A stretch of DNA of 64,000 nt from Candidatus Subterrananammoxibius californiae. GTDB taxonomy: Bacteria > Planctomycetota > Brocadiia > Brocadiales > Subterrananammoxibiaceae. The position numbers and the translations under genes are program-made. Positions 8,927-18,408 of this stretch are shown in pieces. The notes beneath the pieces were generated by a model. That model did no database searches, was not told the origin of the DNA, and saw only the letters and a list, made by a program, of their open reading frames with translations. Where the stretch lies: assembly GCA_030586555.1 (NCBI GenBank), contig JAURAC010000001.1, forward strand, positions 96,001 through 160,000, written 5' to 3'. Position 1 is the first letter of the stretch; every line of letters starts with the position of its first letter.

Positions 8927-9709
8927 ATGATGAAAATGAATCCTGAGAAACACAAAACTTCTAAAAGGGGATTTCGTAGTGGTGAGGGTTCAACTCCCAC
9001 CCAAACGGGTAGGGAGGGGCTTACAGCTCACATTGCTAATAAGGTTGAGGCAACGGGAAGGATGGCGAGATACGTTGCCCACGAAATACGCAATCCCTTA
9101 GCTATAATAAATAGCAATGCCCAATATGCACTTGACTACCTGCGTCACGCCGAGCGCTACGACAATAAGATACTGGAGGAATCCCTTACAGCCATAATCG
9201 GAGCCGTACAACTGGCTAATAAGTTCGTAAGTGAACTTGCAGAGTTACATAGTCTTGAGTTCCAGAAGAAAGAAACAAACATACGGCCAATCATAAAAAA
9301 AGCTATTGATTTACTGAAAGTGGAAATTGACAGAAAAAAGATAAGGGTTTCTTCAGAATTTCTTTCACGCATCCCAAAAGTAATGGCTGATAAGGAAAAG
9401 CTGAAACATGCCTTTGTCAACATTCTCTTGAATGCCATACAGGCGGTTAAAACGGGTGGTAGTGTTGAGATAAAAGCCCGAACAGATGTAAGCACCAAGT
9501 CTGTTATTGTTCAGTTTGAAGATACAGGGCATGGAATTCCAGAAGAATATATTGAAAAGATTTTTGAGCCTTTTGTTTCTCTAAAGGATGGTTGTAAAGG
9601 GATTGGTCTTGCGATATGCTCGATGATAATTAATGCACACGGTGGCACAATAAATGCCAAAAATATGGCAAAAGGAGGGGCAATATTTACAGTTGTTTTA
9701 CCAATGTAG
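8927..9709 (+). CDS. Cytoplasmic histidine kinase lacking a sensor domain
   Basis: AHEIRNPL, NAIQA, DTGHGI, GIGLAI. Confidence 0.85.
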   Translation: MMKMNPEKHKTSKRGFRSGEGSTPTQTGREGLTAHIANKVEATGRMARYVAHEIRNPLAIINSNAQYALDYLRHAERYDNKILEESLTAIIGAVQLANKFVSELAELHSLEFQKKETNIRPIIKKAIDLLKVEIDRKKIRVSSEFLSRIPKVMADKEKLKHAFVNILLNAIQAVKTGGSVEIKARTDVSTKSVIVQFEDTGHGIPEEYIEKIFEPFVSLKDGCKGIGLAICSMIINAHGGTINAKNMAKGGAIFTVVLPM

Positions 9710-9733
9710 GGGTTCAATATATTGAACCCCTAC
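9706..9733. repeat. GTAG..CTAC REP-like hairpin (perfect 28-bp palindrome)
   Basis: gtaggggttcaatatattgaacccctac; TAG 9707-9709 is the kinase stop codon. Confidence 0.9.
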
Positions 9734-9855
9734 ATCTGGTATGGCACGAAACCATATTTTATGGAATTAGCATCATGGTAAGAATTCCGTACAAGAAGCA
9801 GGCACAAATATTGCAAGTAGACCTGAGGCGGAAAAAAGAGAAGAGGTAACGGTGT

Positions 9856-10278
9856 ATGGCTGTAAAACAGAAGGATAAGCCAAACATTCTTGTGGTAGAT
9901 GACGAGGCGGAGGCATTGAAGATACTGGAAAAGATTCTTACGAAACATGGCTATAACGTGTTGAAAGCACGTAACGGCATGGAGGCGCTGAGGGTTACAA
10001 GAAAGAGTAACATAAAACTGGCACTGCTGGATATAAAGCTGCCAAAGATGGATGGAATTGAATTGTTAGGTCGGTTTAAAAAGGTTAATCCTGATTTAAT
10101 TGTTATTATGATAACGGCATTTGGTACGCTAAAAACAGCAATAGATGCGATGAAATTAGGTGCGTATGACTACATAACGAAACCGTTCGATTTAAATTTT
10201 ATTACCTCTATTGTCGAGCAGGCTCTGGAAGAACACGACGCTGCGTCAGAAATTGGGGGAAGACCAAATGATTTGTAA
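9856..10278 (+). CDS. Single-domain response regulator
   Basis: LVVDDE, LLDIKLP, ITAFG, KPF. Confidence 0.9.
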   Translation: MAVKQKDKPNILVVDDEAEALKILEKILTKHGYNVLKARNGMEALRVTRKSNIKLALLDIKLPKMDGIELLGRFKKVNPDLIVIMITAFGTLKTAIDAMKLGAYDYITKPFDLNFITSIVEQALEEHDAASEIGGRPNDL

Positions 10279-11725
10279 TGGAAAAGAAATAAAAGTTCTT
10301 GTAGTAGATGACATGAAGGATATGTGCTGGACTGTTTCCAATTTCCTCCGCCAGAAGGGTATTACAGCCATTTCCACGCAAGATGGCAAAAAGACCGCGG
10401 AGATAATTTCGAGGGAATCACCCGATGCCGTCTTACTCGACTTAAAAATGCCAGTCATTAGCGGGGTGGATGTTTTAAAGCAAATAAAAAAGGCAAATGC
10501 AGACATCCCCGTCATAATATTGACCGCTTATGGCGAAATAAGGTCTGCGGTAGAGGCAGTTAAATTGGGCGCCTATGACTATATTAGCAAGCCATTTGAT
10601 AATGACGAGGTACTGATTACCCTGATGAGGGCGATAAATGACCGCAGGCAGAAAAGAGAGATTAACCATCTCCGTTCGCAACTGGAGAAAATAATGCCTT
10701 TACCTGAGTTCATGGGTTCCAGCCCCCAGATAGAAAAGGTCTTCGAGCAGGTAAAATGCGTTGCCCCCACGGATTTTACCGTTGTTTTATATGGAGAAAC
10801 GGGTTCTGGCAAGGAGCTGGTTGCCAGGGCTATTCATAATAATAGCCCTCGGCGGAATGGCAATTTTGTTGTTATTGATTGCGGCTCTATTCCTGATACG
10901 CTAATTGAGAGTGAGCTTTTTGGCTATGAAAAGGGCGCTTTTACAGGAGCGGAAACTACAAAGAAGGGGCATTTTGAACTGGCATCGGGAGGTACTCTAT
11001 TTCTTGATGAGATTGGAAATCTTTCAAAGGCTATGCAGAGCAAATTGCTTCACGCATTACAAGAACGCCGCATTCGCAGGGTTGGAGGAAAGGACTTTAT
11101 TGATATTGATATACGGGTCATTGTGGCGGGCAATGAAAAACTTGAAGACCTCGTTAAATCAGGACATTTCCGCCAGGACCTTTACCACAGGCTTAACGAG
11201 TTCTTGATTGAAATCCCACCGCTTAGAAAAAGAAAGGCTGATATTTTATTTCTTTGCAAACGCTTTATAGATACTACGAACATAGAATTAAACAAGCATG
11301 TACGAGGTGTTTCTGAGGCGGCTACGGAACTGCTTTATGCCTATAACTGGCCAGGAAATGTCAGAGAACTAAAAAACGTCATAAAAAGGGCTGTGCTTTT
11401 AGCAAACGAGTTAATAGAACCACAACATCTTCCCACCCCTGTTGGATGCGATTCTCAGACTACAGCAGTAAAGGCGCTTCATAAAGAGGTAGACGCAATA
11501 AAGACAGGTTTTAATAAAGACTTCTCGTTAAGAGAGATTGTAAAGAAAAGCATTAACGATATTGAAAGGAAGGTAATTATTGAAGCCCTCATACAAACAG
11601 GGGGAAATAAAAGCAAAGCAGCAAAGATACTTTCTATTGATTATAAGACAATGTACTATAAGGTTAAAGAATACGGCATAACCATTAAAGATTTGCTTAC
11701 AGGTTCAACCGTATCTGTGTGCTGA
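10268..11725 (+). CDS. Sigma-54-dependent response regulator (start ATG 10268)
   Basis: REC domain, GETGSGKE, GAFTGA, WPGNVREL, GNKSKAAKILSI. Confidence 0.93.
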   Translation: MICNGKEIKVLVVDDMKDMCWTVSNFLRQKGITAISTQDGKKTAEIISRESPDAVLLDLKMPVISGVDVLKQIKKANADIPVIILTAYGEIRSAVEAVKLGAYDYISKPFDNDEVLITLMRAINDRRQKREINHLRSQLEKIMPLPEFMGSSPQIEKVFEQVKCVAPTDFTVVLYGETGSGKELVARAIHNNSPRRNGNFVVIDCGSIPDTLIESELFGYEKGAFTGAETTKKGHFELASGGTLFLDEIGNLSKAMQSKLLHALQERRIRRVGGKDFIDIDIRVIVAGNEKLEDLVKSGHFRQDLYHRLNEFLIEIPPLRKRKADILFLCKRFIDTTNIELNKHVRGVSEAATELLYAYNWPGNVRELKNVIKRAVLLANELIEPQHLPTPVGCDSQTTAVKALHKEVDAIKTGFNKDFSLREIVKKSINDIERKVIIEALIQTGGNKSKAAKILSIDYKTMYYKVKEYGITIKDLLTGSTVSVC

Positions 11726-11742
11726 CAGCGCGCACAAAATCT

Positions 11743-11809
11743 GGTAGACAACGAGGTTTTATCCGCCTCAGGCGGATTGATTCAACGAACATAAAGTTCG
11801 TTGTCTACC
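11743..11809. mobile_element. GGTAGACAA..TTGTCTACC element, left copy, with nested palindrome
   Basis: Inverted copy of 16052-16108; contains atccgcctcaggcggat at 11761-11777. Confidence 0.8.
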
Positions 11810-11813
11810 ATAA

Positions 11814-13874
11814 ATGGTGATGGGGAGGAAGGCGATGGAAAATTTGGTGACTTCTAAAAAGGTCAACTTTAGGCGGATTACCGATCCTGAAGTGTCGAGG
11901 GTGGTGACTAATAATCAGGAGAAATCGCAGGAAGACTTGAAAAGGAAGCTGGTACAGCGTACCGAAGCGTTCCTCGAATCGGAAGAAAAATACCGAACCC
12001 TTTTTGAAATGGCTAATGACGGGATAGCAATAATAGACCCTGAAACGGCTAAATTTGTTGAGGTAAATAAGAAACTGGAAGAGACCATTGGATATAGTAG
12101 AGAAGAATTAAAAAAGATGGAGGTTTTTGACGTTTGTCTAAAAAAGGAACATAAAAAGATAGCAAAGAAATTTAATGATGTATTAAAAGGGGGTTCTGGT
12201 TTTTATAATGACCTGACTTTAAAGAAAAAAGGTGGGGGCGTCGTTATTGCAAATATTTCGTCAAGTGTTGTTTTACACAGAAAAGGGGTGCGTATCTTTA
12301 GTATTGTAAGGGATATTACAGAAAGAAAGGGATTAATCGAAAAGTCATCGGAATCAGAAGCAAGGTATAAGGCACTTGTTGAAAATATACCTGAGGCAGT
12401 CTATACCATCCTACCGGATGGAACCTATACATTCATGAATGCGGCGATAAAGAAGATAACCGGTTTTAAGCCTGTGGAGTTTTATCGAGACAAGAATTTA
12501 TGGATAAAGCAAGTTCATCCAGAAGACAGAAAAAAAGTATTGAAACAGTTAAGTGAGTTGTGGAACGGTGTAGCACTTCGTCGTGAGTATAAATTCGTGC
12601 ACAAAAATGGCGTTGACGTTATCTGGTTTATAGATAATGCCATTCCAAACATAGATAAGAAAGGACGCATTGTATCTGCTTATGGTGTAATGATAGATAT
12701 TACGGAAAAAAGGAAGATATATGAACAGTTACTGCAGGCAGAGAAAATGGCGGCGCTGGGGATATTAAGCGGGGGGATTGCCCATGAATTTAACAATTTG
12801 CACACTATAATCCTTTCCTCGCTTCAGTTAGCCATGCAAAACAAAAAGCTCTCAACAGATACTAAGACCTACTTAAAGGAGACATTCCAGACATCCTGCC
12901 GACTTTCTGATTTGACCTCGCAATTGTTATTCTTTGCAAGAAAAAAACCTCCTAAAAGGGAAAAGGTTGATATTAAAAAGATTATCCAGGAGACATTGAA
13001 GATTGTTCAGCATGAGTTTCTGTGCGAAGGAATCAACATCGTAACATCTTATTCCAAAGACGTTTCTCCACTCTTTGTTGACCCCGGGCAAATGAGTCAG
13101 GTCTTTTTGAATGTCATGATTAATGCTAAACATGCCATGCACAAGAGTAAGGAGAAATGCTTGACTATTGAAGTAGGTCAGCAGGACAATGTGGTCCATA
13201 TAGCCTTTAGTGATACGGGCAGTGGAATTGAAGAAGAAGCAATACCAAAATTGTTTGAACCATTTTATACAACGAAAGGTTCGTTCGGTAACGGAACTTA
13301 TGAGAATAAAATCCCGGGAACGGGTCTTGGCCTTAGTGTGTCTGATTCTATAGTCAGGGAGCATGGAGGCCGTATTGAGGTTAAGAGTAAAGTCAATATC
13401 GGGAGCACGTTTACCATTCTTTTGCCTATTAGACAGGTTGATATCGAGGTACGGCGAAAAGGAGACGCGAAGGAAAAGTACGGTTCTATAAAAGGGGCAA
13501 AGATTTTGGTGTTGGATGATGAACCCGGTATAAGGAGAATCCTCAAGAACATTTTTGAAAATAAGGGGTGTATTGTTTCTGCCTGCGAAAGTGGAGAGGC
13601 TGCAATTGAGGAGCTAAATATGAATGAATCTTATGATTTGGCGATTGTAGATTTGCAATTGCCAGGGCTTAATGGTTATGGCTTTATAAAAGAGATAAAT
13701 CGCATTTCCTGTGATAGAAGACCTCAAAAAATGGTCTTAACAGGAAAGTTATTGTCATCTGAAAATATTAAGGTACTGGGGAAACTCGGCGTGTACGATA
13801 TTATTTCAAAGCCATTTGATAATAATGTCTTATATGAAAGGGTTTGTGCAGCCTTGTCTCACTCAAAGCAATGA
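11814..13874 (+). CDS. PAS-PAS hybrid histidine kinase with C-terminal receiver
   Basis: ESEEKYRTLFE and DITERK PAS signatures, AHEFNN, GTGLGL, VLDDE..VDLQLP. Confidence 0.92.
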   Translation: MVMGRKAMENLVTSKKVNFRRITDPEVSRVVTNNQEKSQEDLKRKLVQRTEAFLESEEKYRTLFEMANDGIAIIDPETAKFVEVNKKLEETIGYSREELKKMEVFDVCLKKEHKKIAKKFNDVLKGGSGFYNDLTLKKKGGGVVIANISSSVVLHRKGVRIFSIVRDITERKGLIEKSSESEARYKALVENIPEAVYTILPDGTYTFMNAAIKKITGFKPVEFYRDKNLWIKQVHPEDRKKVLKQLSELWNGVALRREYKFVHKNGVDVIWFIDNAIPNIDKKGRIVSAYGVMIDITEKRKIYEQLLQAEKMAALGILSGGIAHEFNNLHTIILSSLQLAMQNKKLSTDTKTYLKETFQTSCRLSDLTSQLLFFARKKPPKREKVDIKKIIQETLKIVQHEFLCEGINIVTSYSKDVSPLFVDPGQMSQVFLNVMINAKHAMHKSKEKCLTIEVGQQDNVVHIAFSDTGSGIEEEAIPKLFEPFYTTKGSFGNGTYENKIPGTGLGLSVSDSIVREHGGRIEVKSKVNIGSTFTILLPIRQVDIEVRRKGDAKEKYGSIKGAKILVLDDEPGIRRILKNIFENKGCIVSACESGEAAIEELNMNESYDLAIVDLQLPGLNGYGFIKEINRISCDRRPQKMVLTGKLLSSENIKVLGKLGVYDIISKPFDNNVLYERVCAALSHSKQ

Positions 13875-13885
13875 GTGCTGAGCTG

Positions 13886-13914
13886 GTAGGGGCGGGTTTA
13901 AAACCCGCCCCTAC
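13886..13914. repeat. GTAG..CTAC REP-like hairpin
   Basis: gtaggggcgggtttaaaacccgcccctac. Confidence 0.9.
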
Positions 13915-13926
13915 TGTGATAAACCT

Positions 13927-15474
13927 ATGAATCTCAAATTAGTAAATGGTCCTGAAAAAACAGGCGATTCGCCAAGAATAGATGGATTGGAGAATCATCT
14001 CGGAGCTTCTGAAAAAAAGTACAAGAGATTTTGCGAGATGATTCTCTCAAGTATTCCTTCCTCAATCCTGATATTTGACAGCGAACAGAAAGTGGTCTTT
14101 GCGAACAAAAACTTTTTGATAAAGTCGAGGAAGAGTGAAGAAAATACTATCGGGAAAGGGATTGATGACATCCTTCCACCAGTACTTACCGAGTACAGCC
14201 GACTTTCCGAAAGGATAAGGCGAGTCTTTGAAGAGGGAAGAAGGGATTCTGGACAGGAGATGCTTTATAGGGCTCCGGGTTTACCCTCGAGGGTATACTA
14301 TTATAACTTAACCCCCTTAAAAGACGACAACAGGGTTGTAGAAAGCGTTATGCTGCTTATGGACGATATTACGGAGCAGGTACGTTTACGGGAAAAGGTG
14401 CGCAGGACGGAACGTCATCTGGCAAGCGTTGTTGAAAGCGCCAATGACATAGTGGTCTCAATGGACCCTTATGGTTTAATTATGACGTGGAATAATGCCG
14501 CTGAAAGGATATCGGGATTTATCGAGAGCAACTTACTGGGTAACCATTTAGCCACAATATGTCCTGATGACCAGCAGGTGGAGTTAAGGTCTGTGCTCCA
14601 CGATTTAGCAAAGGGCAGAACGGTTAAGAATGTAGAAATAAACTTGATGACAAAGGGCTTTAAATACATTCCCATTTCCTGGAGCTTTTCATTAATGAGA
14701 GATGACGAGAACCAGATTGTGGGTATTGTTGGCGTGGGGAGGGACCTCACAGAGAGGAGGGCTCTTGAGGCGCAACTCGTCCAATCCGCCAAACTGGCAT
14801 CGTTAGGCGTGCTGGCGGGTGGCATTGCCCACGAGATTCGAAATCCGCTCGGCGTTAGTTCCGCTGCCGCCCAGTTAATGCTTGAGTATCCTGACGATGC
14901 GAAGCTTCGCTGCGAATGCTCAGAAAAGATTTATTCAGGCATTCAGCAGGCTTCGCGCATAATAGAGGGCTTACTGAGGTTTGCCAGGCCCTCTGAAGGC
15001 CGTTTTGAATTAACGAAGATAAACACCATTGTAGAAGAAGCGCTTGTGCTTATCGCCAGACAAATGTCGCTTCAGCAAATAAAGATAAGGAAGTGCCTCG
15101 CTCCAAACCTGCCACAAGTATTGGTAGACAAAAAGCTCCTTGAACAAGTCTTTTTAAATCTTATCCTCAATGCGGCTAATGCCATACCTCAGGGTGGAGA
15201 CCTTACTATTTTCACAAGAAGCAATTACACGGACTCGATAAAAATCATATTTAAAGATACAGGTTGTGGGATTCCTGAGGAGAATCTCGATAAAATATTT
15301 GACCCCTTTTTCACCACTATGCCCGTTGGCATGGGAACCGGGCTCGGCCTTTCTATTAGTTACGGTATCATAAAACAACACAACGGCTTTATAGATGTTG
15401 AAAGCATTGTTGGTAAAGGCTCAACGTTTACTATTACCCTTCCTATCGGGAAAAACCCTGTTAAAAATGGGTAA
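13927..15474 (+). CDS. PAS-PAS histidine kinase
   Basis: Two PAS domains, AHEIRNPL, DPFFTT, GTGLGLSI. Confidence 0.92.
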   Translation: MNLKLVNGPEKTGDSPRIDGLENHLGASEKKYKRFCEMILSSIPSSILIFDSEQKVVFANKNFLIKSRKSEENTIGKGIDDILPPVLTEYSRLSERIRRVFEEGRRDSGQEMLYRAPGLPSRVYYYNLTPLKDDNRVVESVMLLMDDITEQVRLREKVRRTERHLASVVESANDIVVSMDPYGLIMTWNNAAERISGFIESNLLGNHLATICPDDQQVELRSVLHDLAKGRTVKNVEINLMTKGFKYIPISWSFSLMRDDENQIVGIVGVGRDLTERRALEAQLVQSAKLASLGVLAGGIAHEIRNPLGVSSAAAQLMLEYPDDAKLRCECSEKIYSGIQQASRIIEGLLRFARPSEGRFELTKINTIVEEALVLIARQMSLQQIKIRKCLAPNLPQVLVDKKLLEQVFLNLILNAANAIPQGGDLTIFTRSNYTDSIKIIFKDTGCGIPEENLDKIFDPFFTTMPVGMGTGLGLSISYGIIKQHNGFIDVESIVGKGSTFTITLPIGKNPVKNG

Positions 15475-15479
15475 GCCCT

Positions 15480-15508
15480 GTAGGGGCAGGTTTAAAACCT
15501 GCCCCTAC
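15480..15508. repeat. GTAG..CTAC REP-like hairpin
   Basis: gtaggggcaggtttaaaacctgcccctac; differs from the 13886 copy by one compensatory pair. Confidence 0.9.
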
Positions 15509-15534
15509 GGTGGGGCTTTTAAGGGTAAACAAGA

Positions 15535-15927
15535 ATGTCAAAAGGATTCAATACCCTGATTGTTGATGACGAACCCGAAATGTGCTGGGTTCTTGAGAAT
15601 ATGCTCATGCGAGAGGGCCATAAAACCGTCTCTATTACCAGCGGTAAAGAGGCGCTCAAGATGTGTGATGAAAACAGCTTTGAGCTTGCATTCCTTGATG
15701 CCAAACTTCCCGATGTTGACGGCATAGAACTGGCAAAACTCATAAAACAAAAAAATGAAAATATCAAGATTATAATAATTTCAGGCTATTACTATCAGGA
15801 TGCCGAAACCATCCAAAAAGGCTTGGCGGAGGGGTGTTTTTCTGGATTTGTCGGCAAACCTTTTAAGTTGGATGAGATTAGGCTTGCCGTTAAATGTGCG
15901 CTTACTTTTCACGGCATGTCGCCATGA
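15535..15927 (+). CDS. Single-domain response regulator
   Basis: IVDDEP, FLDAKLP, ISG, KPF. Confidence 0.9.
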   Translation: MSKGFNTLIVDDEPEMCWVLENMLMREGHKTVSITSGKEALKMCDENSFELAFLDAKLPDVDGIELAKLIKQKNENIKIIIISGYYYQDAETIQKGLAEGCFSGFVGKPFKLDEIRLAVKCALTFHGMSP

Positions 15928-16051
15928 CATGTACTTCCTGATTAGCATTCCACTCTGTCCTACCTCAGTTTGTCTCCTTCAATTGTTATAGAATCCATTC
16001 CATAAATTATTGAATAAATTCTATGGGCGCCTCTCCAAAAATAAAGGCTTC

Positions 16052-16108
16052 GGTAGACAACGAACTTTATGTTCGTTGAATCAACGAGGTAAAACCTCGT
16101 TGCCTACC
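16052..16108. mobile_element. GGTAGACAA..TTGCCTACC double-hairpin element, right copy
   Basis: ggtagacaacgaactttatgttcgttgaatcaacgaggtaaaacctcgttgcctacc. Confidence 0.8.
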
Positions 16109-16428
16109 AATTGTTTACATGAGAGTTACGACTTCTTTAATGCCCAAATACATTGAGAAAAACATTTAGGTATTTAGTTTGCTATTCACGAGGTGAAGAA
16201 GGGATGGGCTCGTCAACCCCCATAGCAAAATTTTCCAAAAATAATGGAGAAGGCAGGAAAACTGGGCAAGGGTGTTGGCAGGCAGGATAGATGGTTTCGA
16301 TTTTCTTCCATCCTTCTTTAATGTCGAACCATCGCTTATGGTTCAAACGGCTGTCGCTGGATGCAGGGAGGATATTCCGCCCACCTCCTGGATAGACAGC
16401 CAGGGCAGCCGTTTGGCTACGGAAGTTT

Positions 16429-16484
16429 GTAGGGGCAAATGGCATTTGCCCTTACATTTATGGGCGAACGCCGTTCACCCCTAC
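16429..16484. repeat. Tandem doublet of REP-like hairpins
   Basis: gtaggggcaaatggcatttgcccttac + ttatgggcgaacgccgttcacccctac. Confidence 0.75.
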
Positions 16485-16519
16485 AATTACGTTCTTTTAG
16501 CTTAAAGAAGGAATTTGCA

Positions 16520-18385
16520 ATGAGGTGCCTCTTTAAAACAAGAAAAGATGCGATTAAATTATTTATTGACATCTTAATTTTTGTCCTCTCATACGCAGGT
16601 TCTTTTTTACTAAGGTTCGATGGAAGAATCCCTCCAGAATATTTTAATTTAATCTTCCTTACCCTACCCGTAGTAATTGGTATGCGGTTTTTTACCTTCT
16701 GGCTGTTCGGCATGTTTTACGGGGTGTGGCGCTATACAGGTATTGCCGACCTGCGCTCAATCTTTAAAGCAGCAACGTTTGGCACGTTATTGTTGATTAT
16801 AGTGTTATATCCATTCCACTTTATCAGCGGCTATCCAAGGTCAATATTCATTATGGATTGGTCTCTTTTAGTAATTTTAGCAGGTGGAGTTCGCTTTCTG
16901 AGAAGGCTTATGCTGGAAGGGAATAATGGTGTGTCTGGGGGATGGAAACGTGCGTTAATCGTTGGAGCGGGGGATACAGGGGAGCTGATAGTTCACGAGA
17001 CTCAAAAGGGCAAGATTGGTGCATACAAAGTGGTTGCATTGATAGACGATGACCCCGAAAAGATTAGTATGAGAATCCATGGCGTTAATGTTGTTGGAAA
17101 CGTGGAGGCAATTCCACAAGTCGTCAGGAAGGATGGAATAGATGAGGTCATTGTAGCAATCCCCAGCGCCACGGGAAAAGAGATGCAAAGAATTATGAAA
17201 TATTGCAGGGTGGTGAAAGTACCCGTTAAGGTTACTCCTGCATTGAGGGAGATAGAGACAGGAGAAGGGCATATAAGTCAATTAAGGGATGTTCAACTTG
17301 AAGACCTTATTGGTCGTGAGCCCGTTTATACTGATCTTGGGTACATAAAGGGTGAGATTGCAGGAAAGGTAATTATGGTTACGGGGGCAGGTGGGTCCAT
17401 TGGCACTGAAATATGCAGGCAGGTTGCAAGTTTTCATCCCCGCAAGCTTATCCTATTTGAACGCGCAGAAAATAATCTCTTTTATCTTTTACGCGCATTA
17501 CAAGAGGAATTTCCAGCGCAAGAATTTATTCCTGTCATTGGCGATATAATTAATACTGGCCAGGTTAAAAGTATTTTGAATAACCTGCATCCGTATTTAA
17601 TCTTGCATACTGCAGCCCATAAGCACGTTCCTTTAATGGAGCTTAACCCTTTTGAGACGATAAGAAATAACGTAGTGGGGACTAAGAACCTTGCCTGGGC
17701 TTGCAGCCAGAATGGGGTCGAGAAGTTTATTCTTCTTTCAACCGATAAAGCAGCTAATCCAGCATGCTTTATGGGTGTCTCCAAGCGGATTGCGGAATTA
17801 TACATTCAGGGACTTGCAAAACGTTGTAACGTGAAGTTTATGAGCGTGAGGTTTGGAAATGTGTTGGAAAGTACAGGAAGTGTAGTACGTATATTTAAAG
17901 AGCAGATAGCTAAGAGAAGCCCATTAACGGTAACCCATCCTGATGTGATGCGTTATTTTATGTCTAAATCTGAGGCGGTTCATTTAGTTCTTCAAGCGGC
18001 AGCCATTGGAGCTGGAGGTGAAATCTTTGTGCTCGATATGGGAAAACCTGTGAAGATTCTCGATGTAGCCAAGGAGATTATCCATCTGGCAGGTCTTGAG
18101 CCACATAAGGACATCGGAATAACTTTTACGGGCCTAAGGATGGGAGAGAAGATTGTTGAAACCCTTTTTAACGATGGAGAGACGATTTGTCCCACCAGCC
18201 ATTCAAAAATCAGAGTTGTCGTAAACGGATGTCTGCCCGATTGGGACAAGCTTAATGACGATATACAAGAATTAGAAGAAATGATTGAGTATTGGGATGC
18301 CAGCTATCTTAAAGAAAAACTCTTTGAGATTGTCCCTACATATAAACCAGGTTTTGTGTCTGAAGAAGTTTTATCTCTGCAATAA
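16520..18385 (+). CDS. Membrane-bound UDP-GlcNAc 4,6-dehydratase (PglF/CapD/WbpM family); start ATG 16520
   Basis: 4 TM N-terminus, VGAGDTG, VTGAGGSIG, AAHKHVP, STDKA, VRFGNVL. Confidence 0.92.
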   Translation: MRCLFKTRKDAIKLFIDILIFVLSYAGSFLLRFDGRIPPEYFNLIFLTLPVVIGMRFFTFWLFGMFYGVWRYTGIADLRSIFKAATFGTLLLIIVLYPFHFISGYPRSIFIMDWSLLVILAGGVRFLRRLMLEGNNGVSGGWKRALIVGAGDTGELIVHETQKGKIGAYKVVALIDDDPEKISMRIHGVNVVGNVEAIPQVVRKDGIDEVIVAIPSATGKEMQRIMKYCRVVKVPVKVTPALREIETGEGHISQLRDVQLEDLIGREPVYTDLGYIKGEIAGKVIMVTGAGGSIGTEICRQVASFHPRKLILFERAENNLFYLLRALQEEFPAQEFIPVIGDIINTGQVKSILNNLHPYLILHTAAHKHVPLMELNPFETIRNNVVGTKNLAWACSQNGVEKFILLSTDKAANPACFMGVSKRIAELYIQGLAKRCNVKFMSVRFGNVLESTGSVVRIFKEQIAKRSPLTVTHPDVMRYFMSKSEAVHLVLQAAAIGAGGEIFVLDMGKPVKILDVAKEIIHLAGLEPHKDIGITFTGLRMGEKIVETLFNDGETICPTSHSKIRVVVNGCLPDWDKLNDDIQELEEMIEYWDASYLKEKLFEIVPTYKPGFVSEEVLSLQ

Positions 18386-18408
18386 TTTGGTAATAGGAAC
18401 TGTGTAAT

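Noticed and set aside
8983..9001. tRNA T-arm-like string gagggttcaactcccac
   Set aside because: Mismatched stem, no acceptor/anticodon arms or CCA end; lies inside a kinase ORF
9706..16108. Integron-like cassette array (genes separated by palindromes)
   Set aside because: The hairpins lack attC RYYYAAC/GTTRRRY ends and there is no integrase; they fit REP-like repeats
16182..16519. Short ORFs and the N-terminal extension of the dehydratase
   Set aside because: They run through the structured leader and REP doublet; the RBS supports ATG 16520
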